From contig CAVZGV010000003.1 in NCBI GenBank assembly GCA_963774955.1, positions 192,771 through 256,770 of the forward strand: a stretch of DNA of 64,000 nt. Direction: 5' to 3'. The notes under the pieces were generated by a model. It worked only from the letters and a program-made list of their open reading frames with translations, was not told the origin of the DNA and did not search any database. Shown here piece by piece: positions 9,346 through 17,720 of this stretch. Positions within the stretch are counted from its first letter, which is position 1; every line of letters starts with the position of its first letter. The position numbers were made by a program, and so were the translations under genes. This DNA comes from Candidatus Falkowbacteria bacterium (GTDB lineage Bacteria > Patescibacteriota > Patescibacteriia > CAIXNZ01).

Positions 9346-11157
9346 ATGCTAACAGCTAATGAATTACGTCAAAAATATCTAGCCTTTTTTAAATCCAAAG
9401 GGCATGTGATCATACCCAGCGCTTCTTTAATTCCGGAAAATGATCCCAGTTCTCTTTTTACCACGGCCGGTATGCAGCCCTTGGTGCCATTTTTAATGGG
9501 CGAAAAACATCCGGCCGGTAATAGAATTGTTGATGTGCAAAAATGTATTCGCACAGGTGATATCGAAGACGTTGGCGATAACCGTCATAATACTTTTTTT
9601 GAAATGCTGGGCAACTGGTCTCTGGGTGATTATTTTAAAAAAGAAGCTATAGAGTGGTCCTGGGAGTTTTTGACTGATCCGCAATGGTTAGGCTTAGATT
9701 CGCAAAGGATTTTTGTTACGGTTTTTAAAGGTGAAGATGAAATTCCTGCGGATGAACAGTCACTGAAAATCTGGCAGGAAGTTTTAAAGAAAGAGGGGAT
9801 TACCCATGAGATTGCTAAAAATGGACAGGTTGATGATACGACCAGAATAATTCCTTTGGGCAAAGATGATAACTTCTGGATTGCCGGTGCCAGCGGTCCT
9901 TGCGGAGCAGACACAGAAATGTTTTATGACACCAATCCGCAGGCTGGGGCTTTAAATGATAGTTTTGAAAATTTAGTTAATAGCGGCCGTTTGATGGAAA
10001 TCTGGAACGATGTCTTTATGGAGTTTAATAAGTCTGCTGACGGCAAAGTTACCAAATTATCTCAGCAAAATGTCGATACTGGTATGGGGTTGGAGCGCAC
10101 CATCACAGTTTTAAACGGTTTTTCTAATGTATTTCAGACTGAATTATTTACTCCTTTGTTTAAAAAAATTGAACATTTAAGTCAAAAAAAATACGCTGAT
10201 AATGAACTGGCTTTTAGAATCATTGCTGACCATATTAAAGCCGCTACCATGATTTTGGGCGATGAAAAGGGGATTACGCCTTCAAATGTAGGCGCCGGTT
10301 ATGTTTTAAGACGACTGATTCGCCGAGCAGTGCGTTATGGTAAGCAATTAGAAATTAAAGATGTTTTTACTTTTAAAATTGCTGAGTTGGCAATTGATAT
10401 GTACAAGGATGCTTATCCTGAGATTAAAAAAAATAAGGAATTCGTTATTAATCAGTTGACTTTGGAAGAAGAAAAGTTTTTAAAAACAATTGAGCAGGGA
10501 CTAAAAGAAATGGAAAAAATGTCAGCCAAGAAAAAAATTTCAGGGCAGGAAGCTTTTATCCTTTTTTCCACTTATGGTTTTCCTTTGGAAATGACCCAGG
10601 AAATTGCTAAAGAAAAAGGCTATGAAATAGATGAAGAAGAATTTAAAACTGAATTTGTTAAGCATCAGGAGTTATCCCGCACAGCTTCGGCCGGTATGTT
10701 TAAAGGCGGGTTGGCAGACACTTCTGAACAGACCACTAAACTGCACACAGCCGCGCATTTAATGTTGGCTGCTTTGAGGCAGGTTTTGGGTCCGGATGTC
10801 TTTCAAAAGGGCAGTAATATCACGGCTGAAAGATTGCGTTTTGACTTCAGTTATGGCCAGAAAATGACCCCTGAGCAGATTAAACAAGTTGAAGATATAG
10901 TAAATGAACAAATATCTAAAAAAATAGCTGTAACTAGCGAAGAAATGGTGACTGATGAGGCCATAAATCAAGGAGCCATGGGTGTTTTTGGTCATAAATA
11001 TGGAGATAAAGTAAAGGTTTATTCTGTTGGTGATTTTTCTAAAGAAATTTGTGGCGGACCGCATGTTGACAATGTTGGTACTTTGGGACATTTCAAGATC
11101 CAAAAAGAAGAGAGTTCCAGCGCCGGGGTTAGGCGGATCAAGGCAATTTTGGAGTAG
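9346..11157 (+). CDS. alaS: Alanine--tRNA ligase, short form lacking the C-terminal C-Ala domain
   Basis: N-terminal AlaRS catalytic core (FFKSKGHVIIPSASLIP, FTTAGMQ, GNWSLGDYFK). Editing-domain motifs HTAAHL...CGGPHV. Only 603 aa. Confidence 0.85.
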   Translation: MLTANELRQKYLAFFKSKGHVIIPSASLIPENDPSSLFTTAGMQPLVPFLMGEKHPAGNRIVDVQKCIRTGDIEDVGDNRHNTFFEMLGNWSLGDYFKKEAIEWSWEFLTDPQWLGLDSQRIFVTVFKGEDEIPADEQSLKIWQEVLKKEGITHEIAKNGQVDDTTRIIPLGKDDNFWIAGASGPCGADTEMFYDTNPQAGALNDSFENLVNSGRLMEIWNDVFMEFNKSADGKVTKLSQQNVDTGMGLERTITVLNGFSNVFQTELFTPLFKKIEHLSQKKYADNELAFRIIADHIKAATMILGDEKGITPSNVGAGYVLRRLIRRAVRYGKQLEIKDVFTFKIAELAIDMYKDAYPEIKKNKEFVINQLTLEEEKFLKTIEQGLKEMEKMSAKKKISGQEAFILFSTYGFPLEMTQEIAKEKGYEIDEEEFKTEFVKHQELSRTASAGMFKGGLADTSEQTTKLHTAAHLMLAALRQVLGPDVFQKGSNITAERLRFDFSYGQKMTPEQIKQVEDIVNEQISKKIAVTSEEMVTDEAINQGAMGVFGHKYGDKVKVYSVGDFSKEICGGPHVDNVGTLGHFKIQKEESSSAGVRRIKAILE

Positions 11158-11307
11158 TTTCTTGACATTTTCCAGGGATACTATATAATATAATTATCTA
11201 TAAATTAACTTTATAATTTATCAGATTATTAACCAAAACTGGTTTTTTGCATTTAGGTTCTTGCAAAGAATCGATTTTTTAGTTAACATTACAACGACCA
11301 TTAAATT

Positions 11308-11547
11308 ATGGTAGCGAAAACCAACAGTCAGGTTAAATCAAAAGATTTCATTGAGATGAAAGGTGTGGTTGCTGAATTGCTTCCAGCCGGCAGTTTTAAA
11401 ATTAGGCTGGAAAATGGCCAGGAGATCCTGGGTTTTTTGTCAGGCAAAATGAGAATGCATAAAATCAGAATTTTGCCGGGTGATGAAGTTAAGGTGGAAT
11501 TAACACCTTATGATTTGACCAAAGGCCGAGTAACCTATAGATTTTAG
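11308..11547 (+). CDS. infA: Translation initiation factor IF-1
   Basis: [15 protein letters not shown]...[34 protein letters not shown] aligns with bacterial IF-1. Confidence 0.9.
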   Translation: MVAKTNSQVKSKDFIEMKGVVAELLPAGSFKIRLENGQEILGFLSGKMRMHKIRILPGDEVKVELTPYDLTKGRVTYRF

Positions 11548-11617
11548 CCCTCTTTGGCTCAATAAGAGTTTTAGAGGTTAAAGTATTAAATAAGTTTATT
11601 TAATTTTTTTGTTTAGT

Positions 11618-11734
11618 ATGAAGGTAAGATCTTCTGTCCGACCAATGTGCCGAGATTGCAAAGTCATTAGGCGCAAAAAAAGAGTCTGGGTGATTTGCAA
11701 GAAAAATGCCAAACATAAACAGCGCCAGGGCTAA
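11618..11734 (+). CDS. rpmJ: 50S ribosomal protein L36 (38 aa), absent from the ORF track because it is under 60 aa
   Basis: Translation [38 protein letters not shown] with the C-x2-C...C-x4-H zinc ribbon. Canonical position between infA and rpsM. Confidence 0.9.
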   Translation: MKVRSSVRPMCRDCKVIRRKKRVWVICKKNAKHKQRQG

Positions 11735-11802
11735 CTGTTGCCTTTTTATTTATGCCGCCAAGCGGCATCACGCCAAAAGCGTAGATAATTTATCATTTTG
11801 AT

Positions 11803-12195
11803 ATGCCGATTAGAATCGGGGGTGTAACTTTACCCCAAGACAAAAGAATAGTAATTTCCTTAACTTATATATATGGAATTGGCAATACTACAGCCAAGAA
11901 GATTTTGTCGTCAGTAAAAATTAATCCCGATACCAGAGTTAAAGATTTGACAGAAGCTGACGAAGCAAAAATCAGAGAATTTATTAAGACAAATTATAAA
12001 ATAGAAGGTGATTTAAAAAGAGATGTTTTGGGTAATATTAAACGTTTAAAAGAAATAAAATGTTACCGCGGCATACGCCATTCCAAGAATTTACCCTGCC
12101 GAGGTCAACGAACCAAGACAAATTCCCGCACAGTCCGCGGTAATGTCAGGAAGACTTTAATGAGCGGCAGGAAAATATCGGCTCAGAAAACTTAA
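11803..12195 (+). CDS. rpsM: 30S ribosomal protein S13
   Basis: [35 protein letters not shown] is the S13 N-terminal signature. Confidence 0.95.
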   Translation: MPIRIGGVTLPQDKRIVISLTYIYGIGNTTAKKILSSVKINPDTRVKDLTEADEAKIREFIKTNYKIEGDLKRDVLGNIKRLKEIKCYRGIRHSKNLPCRGQRTKTNSRTVRGNVRKTLMSGRKISAQKT

Positions 12196-12255
12196 TTTTA
12201 GTAATAAGTGCCGCGTAGCGGCATTATAATAGGAAATAATTTGATTATTTTAAAT

Positions 12256-12711
12256 ATGACAGAAGAAAAAGACCAAAAAATTGAAGAAGTTGCAGCTGAA
12301 ACAGGCCAAGAAGAGACAGCAGAAGGCAAAAAAGTGACTGGCAAAAAGAAAAAGCAGATTCGCCAGATTTCTCATGGACGAGCTTATGTTCAGGCTACTT
12401 ATAATAATACCATCATCACCTTAACCGATTTAAACGGTAATGTTTTGAGCTGGTCCAGTGCCGGACAAAATAATTTTAAAGGCCCTAAGAAAGCGACTCC
12501 TTACGCAGCCAGCGTGATTGTTAAGGATGCGGTTGATAAGTCCAAGCCTTATGGTTTGAAGAATGTCAACGTGTTTGTGAAAGGCGTTGGCTCCGGGCGA
12601 GAAGCGGCTGTCAGAGCTTTGAATACTTATGGTTTGAATGTTGTTTCAGTTAAAGATGTTACGCCTATTCCTCATAATGGCTGCCGACACAGAAGACCAA
12701 GACGCGTTTAA
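12256..12711 (+). CDS. rpsK: 30S ribosomal protein S11
   Basis: GRAYVQATYNNTIITLTDLNGNVLSWSSAG...TPYAA matches S11. Start set at ATG 12256. Confidence 0.95.
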   Translation: MTEEKDQKIEEVAAETGQEETAEGKKVTGKKKKQIRQISHGRAYVQATYNNTIITLTDLNGNVLSWSSAGQNNFKGPKKATPYAASVIVKDAVDKSKPYGLKNVNVFVKGVGSGREAAVRALNTYGLNVVSVKDVTPIPHNGCRHRRPRRV

Positions 12712-12735
12712 TTAAAAATTTACTATAAATAATAT

Positions 12736-13365
12736 ATGGCAAGACTTTTAATGGCAAAATGCAGACAATGCAGACGAGAAGGCGTTAAACTTTTTTTAAA
12801 GGCCGATCGTTGTAATTCACCCAAATGCGCGATGGTCAAGAGAAATTTTCCGCCCGGTGTTCATGGCAGTAAAGGCTATGGCCGACCGACTGGTTATGGT
12901 CAGCAGCTTAGAGAAAAACAAAAGGCAAAAAGAATTTATAGAATCCTGGAAAAACAAATGCATAATTATTTTGTTAAGGCCAGTAAGTCCAAGGGCAATA
13001 CCGAAGAAACATTTTTGCAGCTTTTGGAAATGCGCTTTGATAATGTTATTTATCGTTTGGGTTTTGCCAAATCGAGAAATTTAGCGCGCCAAATGATTTC
13101 TCATAACCATTTTACAATCAATCATAAAAAAGTAAATATCCCGTCATATCAGCTGAAAATCGGCGAAGTGATCGGCATAAATGAAGGCAGTAAAAAAATT
13201 AAATTGCTGGCAACTTTGAAGGAACAGCTTAAAGGCAGGGAATCATTATCATGGTTATTTTTAGATGAGGACAAGTTAGAAATAAAAGTAACAGGGAAGC
13301 CTACTCTGGCTGAAAACAAGGGTGAGTTTGACATGAAGTTGATTATTGAGTTTTACTCGAAATAA
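12736..13365 (+). CDS. rpsD: 30S ribosomal protein S4
   Basis: MARLLMAKCRQCRREGVKLFLKADRC zinc-finger N-terminus plus the S4 domain. Confidence 0.95.
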   Translation: MARLLMAKCRQCRREGVKLFLKADRCNSPKCAMVKRNFPPGVHGSKGYGRPTGYGQQLREKQKAKRIYRILEKQMHNYFVKASKSKGNTEETFLQLLEMRFDNVIYRLGFAKSRNLARQMISHNHFTINHKKVNIPSYQLKIGEVIGINEGSKKIKLLATLKEQLKGRESLSWLFLDEDKLEIKVTGKPTLAENKGEFDMKLIIEFYSK

Positions 13366-13413
13366 AAATTAAATAATATTATTGAGGGGGAACCTTCAAC
13401 TAACAAATCCATT

Positions 13414-14196
13414 ATGGAAAACATTTTTTTACCATCAAAAATTGAATTAAAGGAAGGTGAAACAAAAAATGAAGGGATTTTAGTAATTGAACCTTTATTC
13501 CATGGCTATGGTACTACCATTGGCAATGCTTTGCGACGTGTAATTTTGTCTTCTTTGCCTGGCGCTGCGATCACTTCTTTTAAAATTAAAGGTGCCCAGC
13601 ATGAGTTTTCCACTATTAAAGGGATTTATGAGGATGTTTTAGAAATCGTTTTGAATTTAAAGCAATTACGTTTAAAGGTGTATTCTGAAGAGCCCGTGAC
13701 CTTGAAATTAGTGAAAAAAGGCGAAGGTGAAGTTCTGGCCAAGGATATTACTAAGGATGCTAATGTTGAAATTATAAATTCTAATTTGAAAATTTTGACT
13801 TTAACCGATAAAAATATTGAATTAAATATGGAAATCGTGGTCCAGAAAGGTATGGGTTTTGAACCTACTGAAAACCGTAATAAAGCTGATTTGCCGGTCG
13901 GTTCAATCGCTATAGATTCTATTTTTACTCCGATTGTTGACGTCGGTTTTAATGTGGAAAATACCCGCGTAGGACAGATTACTAACTTTGATAAGCTGAC
14001 CTTAACCGTTAAGACAGACGGTACAACGGCGCCTGAATATGCGATCAATTATGCGGTAAAAATTTTATTAGATCATTTTAATTTATTATATAAAGGCGAA
14101 TTGCAGGCTGAAGTTGTAAAATCAGATGATGAGGAAGAAGCTCCAGCTAAAAAGGAAGCCAAAGTTAAAAAAATAGCCAAGAAAGTTAAAAAATAA
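13414..14196 (+). CDS. rpoA: DNA-directed RNA polymerase alpha subunit, N-terminal domain only (no alpha-CTD)
   Basis: GYGTTIGNALRRVILSSLPGAAITS matches the alpha-NTD. Protein is 260 aa and ends in a Lys/Glu-rich tail (SDDEEEAPAKKEAKVKKIAKKVKK) instead of the HhH-containing CTD. Confidence 0.9.
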   Translation: MENIFLPSKIELKEGETKNEGILVIEPLFHGYGTTIGNALRRVILSSLPGAAITSFKIKGAQHEFSTIKGIYEDVLEIVLNLKQLRLKVYSEEPVTLKLVKKGEGEVLAKDITKDANVEIINSNLKILTLTDKNIELNMEIVVQKGMGFEPTENRNKADLPVGSIAIDSIFTPIVDVGFNVENTRVGQITNFDKLTLTVKTDGTTAPEYAINYAVKILLDHFNLLYKGELQAEVVKSDDEEEAPAKKEAKVKKIAKKVKK

Positions 14197-14203
14197 TTAA
14201 ACT

Positions 14204-14554
14204 ATGAGGCATCGCAATGTTAATAAAATTTTAGATCGGAAAAAAGGCCCACGCAAAGCTTTGTTGCGTGCTTTGGCTACGAGTTTGATATTGTATGAAA
14301 AAATCAAAACAACTGACGGCAAAGCCAGGGCCCTGAAGGGACAAGTTGAAAAACTGATCACCAAAGGCAAGCCGAATAATTTAGTTGCCAGACGTCATCT
14401 GATAAAAACGCTTTACAGTAAAAATGCGGTTAAAAAAGTGCTGGAAGTTCTGAGCCCACGTTACTTGGACCGAAAAGGCGGTTATTTGCGGATTACTAAG
14501 TTAAATCAGAGGCAGGGTGACGGAGCTAATATGGTTTTAATTGAATTTGTTTAA
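14204..14554 (+). CDS. rplQ: 50S ribosomal protein L17
   Basis: MRHRNVNKILDRKKGPRKALLRALATSL matches L17. Confidence 0.95.
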   Translation: MRHRNVNKILDRKKGPRKALLRALATSLILYEKIKTTDGKARALKGQVEKLITKGKPNNLVARRHLIKTLYSKNAVKKVLEVLSPRYLDRKGGYLRITKLNQRQGDGANMVLIEFV

Positions 14555-14558
14555 AGTT

Positions 14559-14954
14559 ATGACAAAAACTATTTTTAATTATAAAATTGACAGGAAAAAG
14601 CACTTGGTGGATGCCACTGATCAGGTTTTGGGTCGCTTGGCTACGAAGATAGCGACTTTGTTAATGGGCAAACATAAAGCAAATTATACCCCAAATGTGG
14701 ATAATGGCGACTTTGTTGAAATTAGTAATGCGGACAAGATCAAAATAACAGGTAAAAAGCTGGAACAGAAAAAATACTATGACCATTCTGAATATCCGGG
14801 AGGCTTAAAAACCCAAAAAATGGGTCAGAGATTCAGTGTTGATCCGGGCTATGTAATCAAGAGAACGGTTTATCGCATGTTGCCGAAAAATAAATTGCGT
14901 GCAAATTTTTATAAAAGATTGACTTTTAATCCTCCTACATCACGTAAAGCGTGA
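14559..14954 (+). CDS. rplM: 50S ribosomal protein L13
   Basis: DATDQVLGRLATKIATLLMGKHKANYTP matches L13. ATG at 14559, because the track TTG at 14541 overlaps rplQ. TGA stop. Confidence 0.9.
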   Translation: MTKTIFNYKIDRKKHLVDATDQVLGRLATKIATLLMGKHKANYTPNVDNGDFVEISNADKIKITGKKLEQKKYYDHSEYPGGLKTQKMGQRFSVDPGYVIKRTVYRMLPKNKLRANFYKRLTFNPPTSRKA

Positions 14955-14956
14955 TT

Positions 14957-15005
14957 CCGGCCTTTGCCGACCGTAGTCGGCTACGGCCGACGCAGGTCGG
15001 AGGAT
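14957..15005 (+). promoter_or_regulatory. Two adjacent GC-rich hairpins in the rplM-rpsI spacer
   Basis: gccgac-cgta-gtcggc and ccgac-gcag-gtcgg. About 70% GC inside an AT-rich genome. Confidence 0.35.
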
Positions 15006-15043
15006 TGGAGGCGAGGTTTAAACTCGATATTAATTAATTACAT

Positions 15044-15502
15044 TTGGAAATCCAAGAAATAACTATGGCTGAAAAAAATACTCCTAAAACTAAAGAAGAG
15101 CCTCAGGCAACGGCAAAATATATACAAGCAGTCGGCAGACGCAAAACAGCCATTGCCACGGTTAGGCTTTATGTTAAAGGTAGCGGTCAGATAACTATTA
15201 ATAACAAGAAGCTAATTGAATATTTTCCTACTATTTTAAATCAGGATATTGTCAATGCGCCCTTAAAAATCACGGATTTGCTGGGTAAATTTGATATTAC
15301 AATAATTGTCAGGGGCGGCGGTAAGACCGGACAAGCTGAGGCCATCAGGCTAGGAATTGCCCGAGTACTTCAGGAAAATGATAAAGAGTTGCGTAAAACT
15401 TTAAAAGTTGCCGGATTTTTAAAGCGTGATGCCAGAATCAAGGAAAGAAAGAAACCAGGCTTGAAAAGAGCCAGAAAAGCTCCACAGTGGTCCAAACGTT
15501 AA
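15044..15502 (+). CDS. rpsI: 30S ribosomal protein S9
   Basis: GRRKTAIATVRL...KKPGLKRARKAPQWSKR is the S9 signature. An alternative start is the ATG at 15065. Confidence 0.9.
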   Translation: MEIQEITMAEKNTPKTKEEPQATAKYIQAVGRRKTAIATVRLYVKGSGQITINNKKLIEYFPTILNQDIVNAPLKITDLLGKFDITIIVRGGGKTGQAEAIRLGIARVLQENDKELRKTLKVAGFLKRDARIKERKKPGLKRARKAPQWSKR

Positions 15503-15526
15503 TTATATTAGCAGTAAGATAAGTCA

Positions 15527-15553
15527 AAAACCCCGCGTTGCGGGGTTTTTTGT
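15527..15553 (+). terminator. Rho-independent terminator after rpsI
   Basis: aaccccgc-gtt-gcggggtt plus T-run. Confidence 0.75.
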
Positions 15554-15640
15554 TTGTTTTAGCCAAAATGCTGCAGGGATTTTTGTTTGACATGATTATT
15601 TATGGTATAATAAAGTTAAGTTAAAAATCTATCCACACCC

Positions 15641-16168
15641 ATGAATTTTTTACCTAATATTAACTGGGCCGTGCCGAGTTGGGATTTGTTTATAATCTTA
15701 TTTTTTGTGGTGGCTGCATTTTTATACGGCTTATCTTTGGGGCGTGATCGGATCATTGTAATTCTGGTAAGTATTTATGTAGCCTTGGCCATTGTCAATA
15801 CCGCGCCTTATTTAAATAATTTTTCCGCGGAAATCAGCTTTAATAATGCTTCAATTTTCAAGGTTACCATCTTTCTGGGCATTTTTATCGTTCTATTTTT
15901 TCTGCTTTCACGCAGCGCTTTATTAAATACTATTGCCGCTTCAGACAGCCCGGGGCGCTGGTGGCAGTCCATTGTTTTTAGTTTTTTCCATGTAGGCTTA
16001 ATGCTCAGTATTTTAATGACCTATTTACCCAAAGAAGTTCTGGGCAATGTTTCGGAAAATATGCGCAATTTGTTTATTTCTGATCCGGCTAAATTCTTTT
16101 GGCTGGTTACGCCCATTGTCATGATGGTCTTAATTAGAAAAAATAAGAAAAAAGGTTTAGAGGAATAA
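15641..16168 (+). CDS. Integral membrane protein (175 aa), possibly CvpA-like
   Basis: Four TM helices. Weak resemblance only. Confidence 0.4.
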   Translation: MNFLPNINWAVPSWDLFIILFFVVAAFLYGLSLGRDRIIVILVSIYVALAIVNTAPYLNNFSAEISFNNASIFKVTIFLGIFIVLFFLLSRSALLNTIAASDSPGRWWQSIVFSFFHVGLMLSILMTYLPKEVLGNVSENMRNLFISDPAKFFWLVTPIVMMVLIRKNKKKGLEE

Positions 16169-16173
16169 GACTT

Positions 16174-16881
16174 ATGAAGTTGAGTAAAATTACAATTTTT
16201 TGTTTGCTAGCGGCTGCGATGATGACAGCCGGAGTTTTGGTTGTGCAAGCAGCCGGATTTGTCAGCTATGAAGATGGCGCGACGAATCCAAAATTGTACT
16301 TTTGGGATAATGTCAGAATGGTTGGGCAGGGTTTAAAAATGTCGCCAGACGGTACGGCTGACGCAGAAATTGTCGGTGGCGGTATTTTGAAAATTATTGG
16401 CAAGGATCTTTTTGTCAGAGGTTTGATCGGCTTTGAATGCGCTGATTATCCCAACAATGTTAATTGTCAGGCGGCTATCGGCAATCTGGGTGTGTCTTTT
16501 TTGACCATGGATCAGATCAGCTCAGTTGCTGATTTAAATATTATTTCTCAAAACAGCAATATTAGTTTGAACGGTCTTTTAGACGGCAAAATCAATATGT
16601 CCGGTAAATTAATGATTAAAAATAATAACAATCTGATAGTGACTAATCAGGATCCCTTACCTATTGATTCTAATAGTGTCTTTGTTAATGATTTAGCAGT
16701 TAGCGAGTTGAGTGACACCGGCGCAATTGATCCTGATTCTGGCCAAAGAAGCGGCTTGACTTTGCCGACAATAAAATTTGATGAAATACCTGAAAATAAT
16801 GAATTAGGCAATGCCCATCCAATTATGTTTTATCCCAAAAGATTAATTAATATTAATCTAATAAATGTAAACGCCCCTTAA
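16174..16881 (+). CDS. Secreted protein with an N-terminal signal peptide (235 aa)
   Basis: MKLSKITIFCLLAAAMMTAGVLVVQAAG signal-like N-terminus. Asn/Ile-rich. Confidence 0.5.
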   Translation: MKLSKITIFCLLAAAMMTAGVLVVQAAGFVSYEDGATNPKLYFWDNVRMVGQGLKMSPDGTADAEIVGGGILKIIGKDLFVRGLIGFECADYPNNVNCQAAIGNLGVSFLTMDQISSVADLNIISQNSNISLNGLLDGKINMSGKLMIKNNNNLIVTNQDPLPIDSNSVFVNDLAVSELSDTGAIDPDSGQRSGLTLPTIKFDEIPENNELGNAHPIMFYPKRLININLINVNAP

Positions 16882-16885
16882 TCTT

Positions 16886-17710
16886 ATGTCTAAGGTCTAT
16901 AAAGCGATTATTTTATTGAGCAGCCTGGCCGTGATATTAATGGTTGGACGTTTTGTTTTTGCCTCAAACAGCGGTTATTTTTTAGAAAAAAATAATAATT
17001 TATATATTCTTGATAATCTGCATATCAACGGCTATCTGGCCGTGGAAAATACCTTGAGTACAGCTACCGGCAAGCTGGGAGATGTGCTAATTGGTGAATA
17101 TTTATTATTGGATGAAAGTAATAATTTATATTTTTGTGAAGACATCAGGGTCCCCAAAGTAAATACGCCTTTGAATAAAGATTGCAATTCTAAAATTCTA
17201 ATCTGGACACCTGACAGTTTGGAAATTAAAAGCGACCGTTATCAGCTAGTGGCCAATAAATTGTCAGCGCCAAACGGGACTATAAATTTTCAGCCTGCTA
17301 GCGCTGCTAGCGCTGCTAGCGGGAAAAATGTGCAGACCAAATACCCGGTCAAGTTAACCGGCTGTTTTTCTAATGACGGCAGTAATACTTGTGAAAATTC
17401 TGAAGTAAAGTCAGGTAATATCTATTTAAAAACTTTATCCGCGCTTTCAGCCAAAACCGGCTTATCTATCAGCGCCCAAACCTTGCACTTCACCGGAATA
17501 GATCTTGGTCCTGAAAAGAATATAAATAATCAGTGGATTTGCTGGAAAGCAGGGTTGACGAATAGTTGTAAAACAGCTTTTGGCGGCGCTTATGCGAGCG
17601 ATAGATGGACGTTTGCAGTTTCATCTCTCGGTACGACTTATACTCACGTAAAAGATAATAACACCCTCCAGGGTTCGAAATTGTGCTGTCATCTAAAAGT
17701 TACCTTTTAA
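16886..17710 (+). CDS. Secreted protein with a signal peptide (274 aa)
   Basis: Hydrophobic N-terminus. Contains a short ASAASAAS repeat. Cys-containing. Confidence 0.5.
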   Translation: MSKVYKAIILLSSLAVILMVGRFVFASNSGYFLEKNNNLYILDNLHINGYLAVENTLSTATGKLGDVLIGEYLLLDESNNLYFCEDIRVPKVNTPLNKDCNSKILIWTPDSLEIKSDRYQLVANKLSAPNGTINFQPASAASAASGKNVQTKYPVKLTGCFSNDGSNTCENSEVKSGNIYLKTLSALSAKTGLSISAQTLHFTGIDLGPEKNINNQWICWKAGLTNSCKTAFGGAYASDRWTFAVSSLGTTYTHVKDNNTLQGSKLCCHLKVTF

Positions 17711-17720
17711 TCAATCAATT

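Noticed and set aside
14952-14954. Possibility that TGA is recoded (Gly, genetic code 25 as in some CPR lineages), which could explain the in-frame TGA in the split rSAM (28360) and dus (42637) genes
   Set aside because: TGA clearly terminates rplM (14954), the 1242 ORF (1496, followed by a terminator), the 295 ORF (642) and the 974 ORF (1213). Reading through rplM's TGA gives a nonsensical extension. The two split genes are better explained by -1 frameshifts at homopolymers, since the downstream parts are in a different frame.
17286-17320. Short tandem DNA repeat gctagcgct x3 encoding ASAASAAS
   Set aside because: Trivial low-complexity linker inside a secreted protein. Not a CRISPR or regulatory repeat.
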